Shown here: one piece after another, positions 23,849-37,890 of the stretch
Numbering within the stretch: the first letter of the stretch is position 1
How the letters are laid out: each line of letters opens with the position of its first letter
NCBI RefSeq assembly: GCF_006345805.1
Contig: NC_043020.1
Coordinates: forward strand, 310,001-374,000
Direction of reading: 5' to 3'
Origin: Octopus sinensis
Lineage: Eukaryota
Length of the DNA stretch: 64,000 nt
Translations under genes and position numbers: made by a program
Notes under the pieces: generated by a model
Told to the model about the DNA's origin: nothing
Database searches by the model: none
The model's input: only the letters and a program-made list of their open reading frames with translations

Positions 23849-25361
23849 ATACAGACACACACACCCATACACACATACACACACCATACATATTTATGCA
23901 TTTGTACTGCATGAGTTAAGTTTCTGCCTCCAATTATTTTGTTTGAAACTTTGTTCTTTCAAGTGAAGAACAAGAACAAGTCTTTATGTTCAACCAGTTC
24001 ACAGGCAGTTGTCTTACAAAAGACGTTCTATGACATCATCAGAGCTTTTGAATACATGCTTCCTTTGTTAATTCTTTGGAATCTTCTTTTCCCACGAAAC
24101 GGTTGGTGCTGGTGGGAGCGAGTGTAGGTCAATAAGTGGGGTACCTAATTCCAGTATGAAATGTGTTTTCAGTTCATATCTGTAATTAAAGGTAGAGCTA
24201 AGTTTCTATGTACTAAATAAGATATATTACAAAAAAAAAAAAAAAAAGAGAACTTGTTTTTTCTTTCTTCATATCTTCCCCCCCTTTTTTTATTTCCATA
24301 ATATTCCTTTTTTCTAACTTGTTCTGACTGAATATTTTACGAACACAAGACATTTTTTTTATTCAGTAATTTTTTTTTTTTATTCATTTTCAGTTTTCAG
24401 TATAGCTGGGTATATTCTTTCTAATTAAGGCACTTTACAAGATTTATAGCAGAAATACCATTTCCTTTAACAGATAAATGTTTTCCTTCAAACACTGGAT
24501 GAACAGTGAAAAGAAAAAAATAATAATAATAATAAAATAAAATAAAATTGAAAAGAAAAAAATAGAAATAAAAGATAATTTGCATATGAAATGCAATTTA
24601 GTATTTACAAATTCAATTTATCTTTCATGCATCGTTGCTAACATTGATCAATTTTTCGAAGTGACCTTTATTTTCAGGTTTTGAAATAATGCCATTTATA
24701 TTGGAGATATGTTCTCAATAGAGCCATGCTGTCTTTTGACATAATAGAAAACATACATCAATAGAAATTTAATGTGAAATGATATATGGAGAAGGAAAAA
24801 AATGTCATTATTTATACAGTTGTATATGTCAACAATACATACATATATATATATATATATACATGTGTATATATATATTTTTGTTTTTGCACTTTTCTTA
24901 GCATATTCTTTTATGCAGACGTACATATATATATCAATGTAGATGCGTGTGTTTGCGATATTTCTCTTTTATGTGTATTCATTATTATGTATGTATCTTG
25001 TATAAGTTATCATGTCTAAACAATCTACTTAATTAGATGAAATGTTTGGGGAAAAGTATTTGTCATGTAGATTTGATAGGAATTTTGGGCATTGAATGTC
25101 TTTACTACGTTTATTTATTTACTTTTATATTTGATTATGTCAACCACTGCTCTCCTTTCGCATGGAGCACCAGGGATTATTTTTTTTTAACTTGATAAGA
25201 AAAGGAGTCCTATGAAACTTTTCTCAGACTCACTACAGAAGCAGTCAGCATATTGAAACTATATATACCATTCCTGAAAGATGTAGCTGTTGGAAACCTT
25301 AATGAAGTCATCTAAATTTATCTGAATGTGAGATAAATAAGTTTTAAAAAAACCTACCGCA

Positions 25362-25880
25362 TGACTGGCTTTTGTGCCGGTGGCATGTAAAAAGCACCAT
25401 CCGAATGTGACCGATGCCAGCGCCGCCTTGACTGGCTTCTGTGCCGGTGGCATGTAAAAAGCACCATCCGAATGTGGCCGATGCCAGTGCCGCCTTGACT
25501 GGTTTCTGTGCCGGTGGCATGTAAAAAGCACCATCCAAATGTGGTCGATGCCAGCGCCGCCTTGACTGGCTTCTGTGCCGGTGGCATGTAAAAAGCACCA
25601 TCCGAATGTGGCCGATGCCAGTGCTGCCTTGACTGGTTTCTGTGCCGGTGGCACGTAAAAAGCACCAACCGATCGTGGCCGCTGCCAGACTCCCCTGGTA
25701 CCTGTGCCGGTGGCACATAAAAAGCACCCACTACACTCACGGAGTGGTTGGCGTTAGGAAGGGCAATCCAGCTGTAGAAACACTGCCAGATCAAACTGGA
25801 GCCTGGTGCAGCCTCCTGGATTCCCAGACCCCAGTCAAACTGTCCAACGGACGTTAAACGATGATGATGATGATGATGAT
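25362..25880 (+). mobile_element. Family-C retroposon with an expanded 5' array of 67-bp units
   Basis: tgactgg unit starts at 25362, 25429, 25496, 25563 and 25630, followed by the body and a (GAT)7 tail. Confidence 0.93.
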
Positions 25881-27102
25881 GAAACCTGTTCTTGTCCCTC
25901 TGTCATACTTTGACCTCTTATCACTTGGCATAAAGCCACCATCCTCAGTTCTATATTCTCTCAGTTGTGGGTCTTGTCTTGCAAGTTATTAACTTTACTA
26001 CTGCTGGTGCCATGTAAAAAGCATCCAGTACGCTGTAAAGAAGTTGACATTAGGAAGGGCATCCACCCATAGAAACCATGCAAACTCTGGCACTGGGGTT
26101 TAACACAGTCCTCTTGCTCACTGGTTCCTGTTGAACTATCCAACTCATGCCAGCATGGAAAATGGATATTGAATGAGAGTGTGTATGTGTGTGTGTGGCT
26201 TAGGAAAAAGAGCAGTGTACATAGACCCTTATCCAGGTTCTCTGAGACTGGTTCAATGGAAGTAAAGTAGAAAGTCATCCCCAAACCGAAGACCTGGGCC
26301 TCGTGGTTGCTTGGCAACAGTGTGAACACAGTAAAAGGCAACCGAGGGCCAGTTGTTCATGTTAATTCTAGGTAAATGAAGTCAGTTCACTGCCCAAGTA
26401 AACTGTGGTGGGATTTGAACTTGAAACACTATGAACCAGAAGAAATACCACAAGGCAGCTCATCCAAAACTCAAATGATTATAACAGTTAACTGCTCCAA
26501 ACTACTACTTTTGACCACAGAAGTAAGAAAGGTAGAGTTGACCCTGGTGAATTTGAACTCTGAATGCGAGGAACTAGAATACATACCACAAAGCATTTTA
26601 CCCAACACTGTATTGTTTCTACCAGTTTGCCATCTTATAGTACCAACTTGATTGACTAAGAAATATATTTACTTGTACAACACTCGTCACTTAGTTATCA
26701 GTCACAATAAACACCTAAGTATCAAATCGAATTCCATAAAGGAGGATAGAAAAATAAATTGTTTAGGAAATTGTTTATGCAAACATAAGGTTTTTATTTT
26801 GTAAGTTGTGTCACAAAATTCAAGAAACAATAAAAATCATTTATTCAATGTCAAAAGATAATAGTTATTTAGTTTGAGACAAAGCCCCTAATTCGTAGAG
26901 ATGGTTGCATCCCTGCAACTTAATTTATCATCCCTGAAGAAAGGAAAGACAATGTGAAACCAAAGAAGTGTGAACTTAAAGGAGGTATAAAAGAGATGGA
27001 GCTAAATACTGAGACGTAGGTTCAATCTCTCTCAGGTTCTGTTTCTCCACTGGCTTCTCTAAAAGCATAAACAATATTTTATGTGCATTCTTGCTCTTTA
27101 AC

Positions 27103-27278
27103 TCTCTTACTTGCTTTAGTGATTTGACTGCAGCCATGCTGGAGCACCGCCTTAAAGGGTTTTGTTAGTCAAAGAAATCAACCCCAAGACTTATTCTTTA
27201 TAAGCTTAGTACTTAGTCTATCGATCTCTTAAGGTGAACCACTAAGTTACAGAGATTTAAACACACTAATATTGAAAG

Positions 27279-27309
<31 letters not shown>

Positions 27310-27432
27310 GGACAACAGTCTTATTTCAGTTTCCATCTACCGGATCCACTCATAAGGTTTTGGTTGCCCCTGGGCTATAGTAGAAGACACTTGCCTTAGA
27401 ACCCAGAACCATGTGGTTGGGAAGTAAGCTTC
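27103..27432 (-). mobile_element. Family-A SINE, degraded
   Basis: ctcttacttgctttagtgatttgactgcagccatgctggagcaccgcc...cttaccacacagccatg. Confidence 0.85.
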
Positions 27433-28879
27433 TTACCACACAGCCATGCTGCACATCTTAATCTTATGTATACATTTCTCGTTATGACTGTTTTTATGTC
27501 TGTTTTTTTTTCTGTGGTGTCATAGGTTTGAATATCTTAATGAAATCTGATCTCTGCGACTCTGATCTCAACCTACTTGTCCAAGAGGCATGAACTCTCA
27601 ATAAGATCTGATACACAGTAGATTAGACTTTAATCTTTGTGTAGACCAACTCTCCCTAACGCTGGTAGCATAATGAAAATGGCTTATGAAATATGTCCAA
27701 GTGTATTAGATAAAAAAAATCAGGAATTGTGGCATTCATACTTTAACCATGTCCATGAACCAAGTAAAGTGAAACATTATATACTAATGGACGTATATAA
27801 ATTCAACATACCTGCTCAAAATAACAAGTAAAAATATTTTATAACTTTCTTGTTTAAAGACTTTGTACTTTACCGTTAATGATACAATATTACTCTTGTG
27901 ATGTTAGCTGAAAGCCTGAGACCAGTAATTTGAAGAGAGAATAGTGCATGGCACCCATTGAAAATTATAGGTCTTGATAGTATTATATAAACACATAGAT
28001 ACTTGTGCCATAAAAAAATGACAGCTTTTATGCTTACAACATGTTTTACTGGTCTACTGAATGGTTTAATGGTAGGCTGTAAAAATTGAATTAAAACTGA
28101 TGATATTATATTTACAGAAATATTACCATATTATTTATAAAACATTGGAAAATTTACATACACCCACACATGTGAATAGACATGTATGTATGTGTGTATA
28201 TATATATATATATGTATACATACATGCATACAAACATACATACATACATAGATGCATACTTATGCAAAGTTTTACAAATGTGAGTGTTTAGTAAGAACTT
28301 TTCTTCCCAACCATGAGGTTCTGGGTTCAGTCCTACTGTGTGGCGTCTTAGGCAAGTATCTTCTGTATGCTGTAGCTTGGGGGCCGACCAAAGCTTTGTG
28401 ATGGGTGCTGGTTGACAGAAACTGAAAGAAGCTATTGTGTGTGTGTGTGTGTGTGTGTGTGGTGTGTATTATAGAGAGAGGGAAAGGGAGGGAGAGAGAT
28501 TCATACATACCGGGTTCAATCCCACTGCATGGCACTTTGGGTAGGTGTCTTCCGCTATAGCTCTGAGCCGACCGGAGCTTTGTGATTGAATTCGGTAGGC
28601 GGGAGTTACTGCCGTGTGTGTATGTGTGCGTATAGCTGCTTAGTGCCTCTCCGAAAGAGAGAGAGGGATAGAGGAGTGTGTATTTTTGTCTTTGTCCACA
28701 CACACAAACACACACACTTGACAACTGGTTTTGGTTTACTTACTCCCTGTAATTAGCAGTTCAGCAAAAGAGAGTGATACAATAAGGACCTGGCTTCAAA
28801 AAAATAGTACCGGGATTGATTTGTTTGACAGAAACCCATCATGGCATTGCTCTATCATGGGCTGCAGTCTTATTATTAT

Positions 28880-29250
28880 TTCAAATTCCACCAAGGTTGA
28901 CTTTGCCTTTCATCCTTTTGGGGTCAATAAAATGAATACCAGTTGACCACTGGGTTCGAACTAATCGACCTACCCCCCTCTCCTGAAATTACTGGCCTTG
29001 TGCCAAAATTTGAAATCATTATTATTATTATTATGGCAAGCTTGGCAGAATTGTTAACATGTCAGACAAAATGCTTAGCAGAATTTCTTCTGGTTCTTTA
29101 TATTCTGAGATCTAATTCCACCGAGGCTGGCTTTGCTTCTCATTTGTACGGAGTCAATAAAACAAGTACGAGTCAAGCACTGAAGTCAGTGTAATTGACT
29201 TACTCCCCTCTGTCGAAATTGCAGGCTTTGTACCAAAATTAGAAAGAATT
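28880..29250 (+). mobile_element. Two tandem older family-B SINEs
   Basis: ttcaaattccaccaaggttgactttgcc...ccttgtgccaaaatttgaaatc-(att)n followed by a second head ggcaagcttggcagaa. Confidence 0.75.
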
Positions 29251-30000
29251 GTTTTATATTAATACCACAGTGCTGTTGTTGTTATTGTTTTCTGTTGTAA
29301 CTTCCTCGTTGTCCATTAATAAATGTTTATAGATATCATAAAGTATTCTGCATTTGATTCTGCAGAATTAATCTGATTTTCATTGCTGAAAATAGATATT
29401 CCAATATATTGTTTCTCCGTTATGGAACACATGCTGAGATGAATTAGAGTTTATTATTGTTGTTACTATTCTCTTTTTTTGTTCCTATTGAGTTTTTGGT
29501 GAATTGCTGCAGAATATAGACTAGATGCTTTACGGTAATGTTTTATATGAGGCTGGCTGGCTGGCTGGAGGGAAGGTTCATAGGTATGGAAAAGCGAGAG
29601 AGATACAGAGGAATACTTGTGGTTGGGTTGGGTGGGAACTTCCTTTTAAAAGCTGAAAAAAGGTAACTAAGTTTGCCTTTTTTTGTTTTAATTATGTAAA
29701 ATTGAAAACTGGAAACATTAAATCTGATAATTAGAGCAGTGTAATTGGGCTTGAATGTGAACTGCTTACTATAGAGAGATAAAAATTCGTGTAGCTGCAG
29801 TTTGTCAGTGTTTATTAATAATAATTATGAGCTCATTGTATAAAGTGCTCAGGTGCACTACAACTTATCAGAAAAGGTTAAAAGAGGGGGCAGAAAGCAG
29901 CAGACATATAAATTAAGTAAAGTAAGACAGCAATGAAAGCTAGATATACCTGCATGGCCCACCAGAATTATATGTAAAAAGACAGAAAAGTATACATTAA

Positions 30001-30167
30001 CCCTTTAGTGTTCAGATATTTCTGTCAATTTAGAGATTTCAGTGATGTGATTTTTTTAGTTTTTGAATGACATGGTAGGGCTGAGGTGAGAGGCGAGATC
30101 TGGTCAGTTTCAATATAAAACAGGTTAAATATTTTGGCCGGATATGGCCGGTTTGAATGCTAAAGGG
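30001..30167. mobile_element. Internally deleted piggyBac-like MITE D2
   Basis: TTAA-CCCTTTAG ... CTAAAGGG-TTAA. Confidence 0.8.
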
Positions 30168-30171
30168 TTAA

Positions 30172-30700
30172 AATAACCATAAAGAGGAAAGGGTAGCTAA
30201 GAATGTCAGGAGTAGAGTTGGTGAATTTTGGGAAGCATAGAATTTTTTGAAGGATGCAGTGTCCTGACAGTTGACAACTGATGCGGGTAGTTTGTTCCAT
30301 GCTTTGGCAATTCTGATTGTGAAAAAATGTTCCCAAAAGCGATGGGTGTTGTGCTGTGGACATGGGTGCATATTGACAAGTGGTAGTGGTACTGAATTTA
30401 AAAAGGTAGCCCAAAGTTATTTCAGAAATATGGTGAATAATCTTGTGGGCTTCTACCAAGTCAGCTGTTATACATTGAAGCTTTGGCATGGTCAATGCCC
30501 CGAGAAGCAATATGTTTGAGATATTGCAACTGACAGAAGGTATTCATCTGGTTGTACATCTTTGGACAGCTTCCAATAGGTAGATATTCTGAACTAAATG
30601 GGGGGTTTCAGACTGCAGATGCAAACGGTGGTTATGTATGTTACATTGTCAGATATATTGTCGAATAGATAGATGGTCAGTGGCTGACAAAGGTTTCACT
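30172..30700 (-). pseudogene. CR1/L2-clade LINE ORF2 3' fragment with frameshifts and stops
   Basis: Minus translations NPHLVQNIYLLEAVQRCTTR, PKLQCITADLVEAHKII and HFFTIRIAKAWNKLPASVVNCQDTASFKK match the known CR1/L2 ORF2 C-terminal pattern (LERVQRRAT...RGDLIETYKI...FFSNRVVNAWNKLP). Confidence 0.8.
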
Positions 30701-32042
30701 GAAGCCATCAATGAGCAGGGATACATGTGAAAGAAATTTAGAAATGACCATTTGTGTTTTGTTTTCAAATACACTTTGTGTCAGACATCATTATCTGTTT
30801 TGCCTCGTTCTTTTTTAAAAGTATAAAAGGTTGTGATTTGATGGATTCGACTGCTATTTCTAGCAAGCCAAACGACCACATTGAGGCACTCTTATTTGCT
30901 CATCACATTAGATCTTGGAAGATGTGGAGAGATACTTAACCCTTTCATAAGAATATTGCTTCGGTAAAGATAGATTATCTCTATGTTTTTATTAAATTTT
31001 TTAAAAATTAGGATCAAGGAGTTTAGAAAGAGACTACTTGACCTACAACATAGATAAATGCTTCTTGTATAAAACTATGATCGAGAAATTTTACTTGGAG
31101 TTATTGTTCAACAAATAATGATGTGTTTTAGGCACAGGCATGGCAAGGAATTTGATTGTGACTAAGATTTGGTGGAAGATTTTAATTCAAAACTTATGAA
31201 AACAAGACATTTGTACTACAGAGCCAGAGGTGGTTTCAGCCGGGTTGGTAATGAAAGGGTTAATGTGGATGTTATCTGGTCAAGAGTCACTACTTCACAG
31301 TATTTTGTATCTCCCCTTGTGCTCTGTGAATTGACATTTCTTTTCATCCATTGAGTGAATTATATACGTCCGTCCTTCGTTGACATACCACTCTTTTGAA
31401 ACTGCACTTATTTTCTTCCACGATCACCACCACAATAATAACAACAACAACAGCAATGATGACAGCCAACTACATTGTATTAATATACAGCCGGTTAGCT
31501 TTTATTTCCACACTGCTGCCGACTATGGTCTTTCTTAATTTTTCTCATCATTTGAATATTAATTTTTATCTCATTTTAATGCGTACTACACACTCAGGCA
31601 TGAGACGGATAAAAGTAAAAAGAGAAGAAAATAGAAAAAGAGATACAATCAATGCGGCTGACTTTCCTTATGCAGACACTCACTAAACTAACCGAAAATA
31701 AAACAAAAGCATAGGAAATAATAATAGCAACAACAAAAGAAAGTTATTAGTATTTAAGAATTAAAGGAAATGGCCATCTAAACTCTATAGTATGGAATAT
31801 ATAATATTTTCTGCCTCAGAAGATGCAGTTTTTTTCTCGACTGATAAGTAGCTCTTAAATTTATATTTTGCCTTATCACTGAAAGGTCAGCTTCTAGGTA
31901 AAAGAATTTTGGTAATCTCTGATGAACACAAGGCATATATCATCATCATCACCATCATCATTATTATAAACATCTGTTTATCACTCGTATAATACTCATG
32001 CTTGTGTAAATATGTGCGTATGTATGCACACTCATTTACATG

Positions 32043-32101
<59 letters not shown>

Positions 32102-32244
32102 ATGTATACGTATGCATGTAATATATTCATTTATGTGTGTGTGTGTGAATATATTTATACGTGACCCATACTAGCATGGAAATGTGGATGTTAAATGATG
32201 ATGAGATATACATATATGTGTGTCTACTGTCTGTCTATATTCAT

Positions 32245-32290
<46 letters not shown>

Positions 32291-32602
32291 TTACATACAA
32301 TCAAACATCCATATGTATATTTATCTGTCAGTACATATGTATGATTCTATGTGGAAAGCATATATATGAGGCTCTTAAAACTTCCTCTGTACTTACAAGC
32401 GATGATTATTTAAGCTCATGCACACACACACACACACACAAGAATTGTCATGAATTATTTGGTTACAACAGACGAATAGAATTCTAACTGATGCTCGATG
32501 CTGTAGTTGTCAAAAGTATACACATGCATGAACAGATGCACAACAGAGCTAAGTGTATCATGTATCAAGTTAGTGATGGACTACAAGTTTTTCATACATA
32601 TA

Positions 32603-33002
32603 GGCACAGGAGTGGCTGTGTGGTAAGTAGCTTGCTTACCAACCACTTGGTTCCGGGTTCAGTCCCACTGCGTGTCACCTTGGGCAAGTGTCTTCTACTA
32701 TAGCCTCGGGCCGACCAAAGCCTTGTGAGTGGATTTGGTAGACGGAAACCGAAAGAAGCCCGTCGTATATATGTATATATATATATGTGCGTGTATGTTT
32801 GTGTGTCTGTGTTTATCCCCCTAGCATTGCTTGACAACCGATGCTGGTGTGTTTATGTCCCCGTCACTTAGCGGTTCGGCAAAAGTGACTGATAGAATAA
32901 GTACTGGGCTTACAAAGAATAAGTCCCGCGGTCGAGTTGCTCAACTAAAGGCGGTTCTCCAGCATGGCTGCAGTCAAATGACTGAAACAAGTAAAAGAGA
33001 GA
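32603..33002 (+). mobile_element. Family-A SINE, full length, young
   Basis: Retains many CpGs; complete head and tail. Confidence 0.93.
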
Positions 33003-34913
33003 GTATATGTCAGTTTGTACATGCGTTTATAGTTGTTTCCACACAACAATGTGGAGTCCAAAGAACTCTCTAGTCTTCTCTTTATTGAGATCACGACAGC
33101 CTTTGTAGTGTTGGTACCTTGATAAAATGCCTGGTGTCAAGAGGACTCCTTGGTCCAGTGCTGGTGCCATGATAAAATGCTTCAAGTGGTTTCCGTTAGG
33201 GAGGGCAACTAACACTACAAACTATGCGAAACAAAATGTGGGAGCAAGTTGTGTTCCCTTGACCTGAATAGGAGAGAATAGTAACCCCCAATAAGAACTA
33301 AGATTATCGCAGCTTATTCTTTGAATGCAAAATGTTGATGATGATGATATTTGATATTCTAAGTATATTGTGTTATCATGCAGCACAAATCATGACAAAT
33401 GAAATGCCAAGGCCCTATATAATTTTCATTATGAGGCCCTAACCCTTTTTTGGTAATTTCCATAAACATTTAACACAAGAGGTTCCAGCCTACCAACATA
33501 TCTAAAATGAGGTACATACTGGATGGATTGTTATAAGAAAATCGTCAGGTGTAGCTGTGCGGTAAGAAATTTGCTTCCCAACCACATGGTTCTGGGTTCA
33601 ATCCCACTACGTGGCACCTTGGGTAGATGTCTTTTACTATAGCATTGAACCAACCGAAGACTTGTGAGTGGGTTTGGTAGATGGAAACTAAAAGAAGCCC
33701 ATTGTGTGTGCAACAGTCTTCTTAAGGGTCAAGAGTTTCATGTGTTGCCACTTAGATGTGTGTGTGTGTGTGTGTGTGTGTGTTTATACTAACTTTGCCT
33801 GTGCTCAACTTCAATTTTAAAAAATGCACTCCACATTGTATATATTCAAAAGGAGTTTCAATCAAAACTTTATTGCAAGTTTAATGCACTTGTTACTTGT
33901 TCTGAAGTTACTCTTCCTTCTTCCCCACTTCACACACTCTGAGAACTCTTCCCATAAATCCTTCAGCTGTCAACAGCTCATATCTGTGTTTCTGTTAACT
34001 CAGTTAGCTACAACTAATCACTGCAGAATTTGCAAATATCTGACAAAAAAGTTAACGACCCCCATGCCCTCATGTCGTCATTATGCCAACCTTACCTCAA
34101 TAATCAGAATAATAATCACAATATAATGTATATTGTTGAATATGGCATATTTTTATATACATTTTACAGTTTAGCGAGATAATTCTGGCAAATATGATGC
34201 TTTGTGTGTTTTAATTTAAATAAAATTAGCATAATTTTCAAATTCATTACAGAGAAATCAAAAACGAACAAACGAAAAACCAAAAAACTAACAATAATTT
34301 ATACAGATTAGTTCCTTAAAATGTTGCAGATTTTTGAAAAAAAATTGATAAATAAATAAATAAATAAATAAATACATAAGGAATCATTACTATTATGATG
34401 AGGACGCAACACAAATAAATATTCAAGCACATGATTTCGGTTGAAAATATAGAAAAGAAAGCAAAATTATAAAAATCACCAAAAGTGTAGAAATTTCTTG
34501 TATATCTGCATTATAGCTAAGGAAACAATTTGGTTCACCTACTACACTCCTGTCTGTGTTAATATGCTACATTAAAATCAGTTTGGAGATGTCTGAAAGA
34601 GGCTGAAGATTTTGAAATTATCTGTCTCTCAATTGCATGTTGTCATGAATACAATTGTTGTCGTATTACATTCAGTGTATGATAGATTGACCGTTATCAG
34701 TGTTTCGAAGCTAAATGTATATTTTGCAGCTTTGTTACAGCATCTAAAATGGAAGTTATTATTTGATTATGCATAAAGTTAATTATGCATAAATATGAAC
34801 AGACAAGGTTTACGGCAGTTTTCTAACTTAAGGCAGAAGTTGTATGTATTCCTAAAAGTTTTCTACTGATTTTATGTGCGTGTATATATATATATTTATA
34901 TATATATACATAC

Positions 34914-34950
<37 letters not shown>

Positions 34951-34999
34951 TACACACACACACACACTCATATATATATGCATGTATACATACAAATAT

Positions 35000-35042
<43 letters not shown>

Positions 35043-35168
35043 CACTCTCGTAGTGGTTGGTGTTAGGAAGGGCATCCAGATGTAGAAACTCTGCCAAATC
35101 AGATTGGAGCCTGGTGCAGCCATCTGGTTCACCAGTCCTCAGTTAAATCGTCCAACCCATGCTAGCAT

Positions 35169-35209
<41 letters not shown>

Positions 35210-35592
35210 TAGATAGATAGATAGATAAATATTATATATATATCTTACATCTGCATGGAAATAATGTATTTATTAGTACCGTTAGTATTGCAATGATTTT
35301 ACTGGTGATTGTTATTACTGAGGTGTTCTTGTCTGGTTTTCTTCTTCCTTTGTCACTGGAGGTCAATTATTTCAATACCAACCTTTCTCATTTAAATTCT
35401 AGCTCTATTACATAAAATCTTGAGTTTTAAAGTTTTTATATTTAGTTAAATGAAAAACTGTTTCACCATACGTTTATGGATAACACTTTCTTGTTCGATA
35501 AAGTATCTCAACAAAAAAATTGATTCCATTAAATCCTTCCAAATTATTGATTATTTGCAAAATTAATTAAAGCATGCAGGTAGTATATTTGA

Positions 35593-36289
35593 TCTTTTAC
35601 TTGTTTCAGTCATTGCACTGTGGCCATGCTGGAGTATTCTATTGATAGGTTTAGTGAAACAAATCGATCCCAGCACGTTTTTTTTTTTAAAGCCTGGTAC
35701 TTATTCTATCAGTCTCTTTTGCTGAATTGCTTAGTTACGGGGACATAAATGAATCAATATTGGTTGTCATATGCTAGTAGGGGGAAAACACACACACACA
35801 CACACACAAATATATAATAAATCTCTGAACAAGGTATAAACATTAGCTGCATGACATCATGAAGTATATTTGTCACTTAAATGTGGCTAAGCCTTCAGGG
35901 TGGATGCTACTGTAGCTTGTAGCCCCAGGAGGACATTTCCTCCAGCTTGCTATTGACACACTTTCTGTGCCCAGAAACTCCAGTCCGTGTGTATCATGTC
36001 AGGTTGAAGATGGGAAGGATGGCTTCCCTTTGAAAATACTGAGAGAGCACAGAAAGTGTGTCAATAGCCAGCGGGTGGAGATGTCCTCCTGGGGCTACAA
36101 GCTACAGTAGCATCCACCCTTAAGGGTTAGCCACATTTAAGTGGCAAATATACTTCACGATATATATATGCCCTTGGGCATTTATGCATGTGAACCTTCT
36201 ACAGCACTTACTAGCCTTGTCTTCATTGAATGGTAGAACTTCCTCTGCCTAATATCATTGAACTCCTCCCTCTTGGTCTAGAATGTGTC

Positions 36290-36360
<71 letters not shown>

Positions 36361-36534
36361 ATATATATGCACGCACACACACATATATATACCTGATGGA
36401 CTTCGACACTGTTTTTGTCTCCTGAATTCACTCACAAGGCGGCTATAGTCGAAGACCCTTGCCCAAGGTGCCGCACTGTGGGACTGAATCCAAAGTGCCA
36501 TGGTTGGAAAGTGAGCTATTTAACCACACAGCCA
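35593..36534 (-). mobile_element. Family-A SINE split by insertions in its internal microsatellite
   Basis: 3' half at 35593-35810, 5' half at 36390-36534. Confidence 0.7.
35856..36161. mobile_element. Foldback element / long-TIR MITE (115-bp arms, 76-bp spacer)
   Basis: Arms at 35856-35970 and 36047-36161 differ at 8 positions and include a 40-bp perfect stretch. Confidence 0.9.
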
Positions 36535-36633
36535 GGTTGAAATTTCAAGACTATTGATGCTAGATTTCTTTCAGCAAACAGGAGACAGTTTGACTGTGGC
36601 ATCTTGTATTAGGATGCACTTTGTGCATGTGTG

Positions 36634-36673
<40 letters not shown>

Positions 36674-37319
36674 TTTGTTTTATTCTTTGCTACTAACAAA
36701 ACTTCTGTTTCTAATCTAGGTTTTTGTTGCTGCTTTTTTTTCTTTTATTTTTGATGGTATTCTCCGTAAGACAGCTATGCAATCAACTAATGTATTTCTT
36801 TTTTCCTATCTGGCTCTGTTTTCTATTGTATAATAAAGTGTGTTGCTATATTTCCTTGCTGTAGTAGATACCTACATGGTCAGCCAGCAAGTGTGGTGCT
36901 CTCTATATCCAATGCCACTATTAGACACTTATAAAGTCTTCAACTTTCTCGTGTTTATATCTGAGTTTGTAAATTACATTAGTCTCCCAAAGTTTATTCA
37001 GCGGCTTACAGGCATTCGGTTGTTTATTAGTATATTTGTTAATTATGTTACAAAACACGAACTGCAAACTTGGATAGAACAAAAAAAAAAAAAAAAGAAG
37101 AAAGACATTATTTGATAACATAATTGTTTTATTTAGAACATCCACCCCACCCCGCTCCAAATAAACTAGGAACATTGTCAGGGCAGCTGTGTTAGCAGCG
37201 GAATATAATGCACAACTCAGCATAAAGATAAGATATTGCATTGTGTTATAAACATATGGAACTATGACTTATCTGTCTACTGAAACTTTTGCATCAACAG
37301 TTGCTTATGATACTGTCCA

Positions 37320-37890
37320 TCGTGAGTGATGAGTGTCAATCCAAGACATTCACCCGCCACCACCTTTAGCACATTGTTTCTCGTGTGCGTGGACATACCT
37401 GACCAGACTGATACAAGATCCTTATTTCTTTACTGCCCACAAAGGGGCTACACACAGAAGGGACAAACAAGGACAGACAAATGGATTAAGTCAATTATGT
37501 TGACCCCAGTGCGTAACTGGTACGTATTTAATCGACCCCAAAAGGATGAAAGGCAAAGTTGACCTCGGCGGAATTTGAACTCAGAACGTAACGGCAGACA
37601 AAATACCACTAAGCATTTTGCCCGGCGTGCTAGTGTTTTTGTCATCTCGCCAACTGATACAAGATCCTGTGGCACCAAGGGCACTGAAAGTGACCCTGAA
37701 CATGGCAGCTGCCAGAGGTTGATGATGACGTCTCCTCTTCTCTTCATGCAGTCTTCTGCATTCAGTTTCCAAGCACTCTTTTCCAACATCCCACATGGGC
37801 CTCCATGCCTTCCAATTAACAGTCAGGGGCTCCAACTGATTGAGAGGTGACACTGCATGAAATGAGAAACTGCTTGAGTTGATCATAGTT
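37320..37890 (-). pseudogene. RTE-clade LINE 3' fragment, interrupted by a SINE
   Basis: Minus translation LEPLTVNWKAWRPMWDVGKECLETECRRLHEEKRRRHHQ followed by a degenerate FQCPWCHRI Cys motif, as in RTE ORF C-termini. Confidence 0.7.
37423..37652 (-). mobile_element. Family-B SINE with a 16-bp TSD
   Basis: actgatacaagatcct at 37407-37422 and 37653-37668. Confidence 0.93.

Noticed and set aside
25362-25740. CRISPR-like regular array (also 9263-9846 and 19795-19979)
   Set aside because: Units are contiguous or number only two, there are no unique spacers in series and no cas genes, and the context is a eukaryotic retroposon landscape.
27520-27831. Acceptor plus short ORFs (GLNILMKSDLCD...; MKMAYEICPSV...)
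   Set aside because: No donor or homology support; short ORFs are expected by chance.
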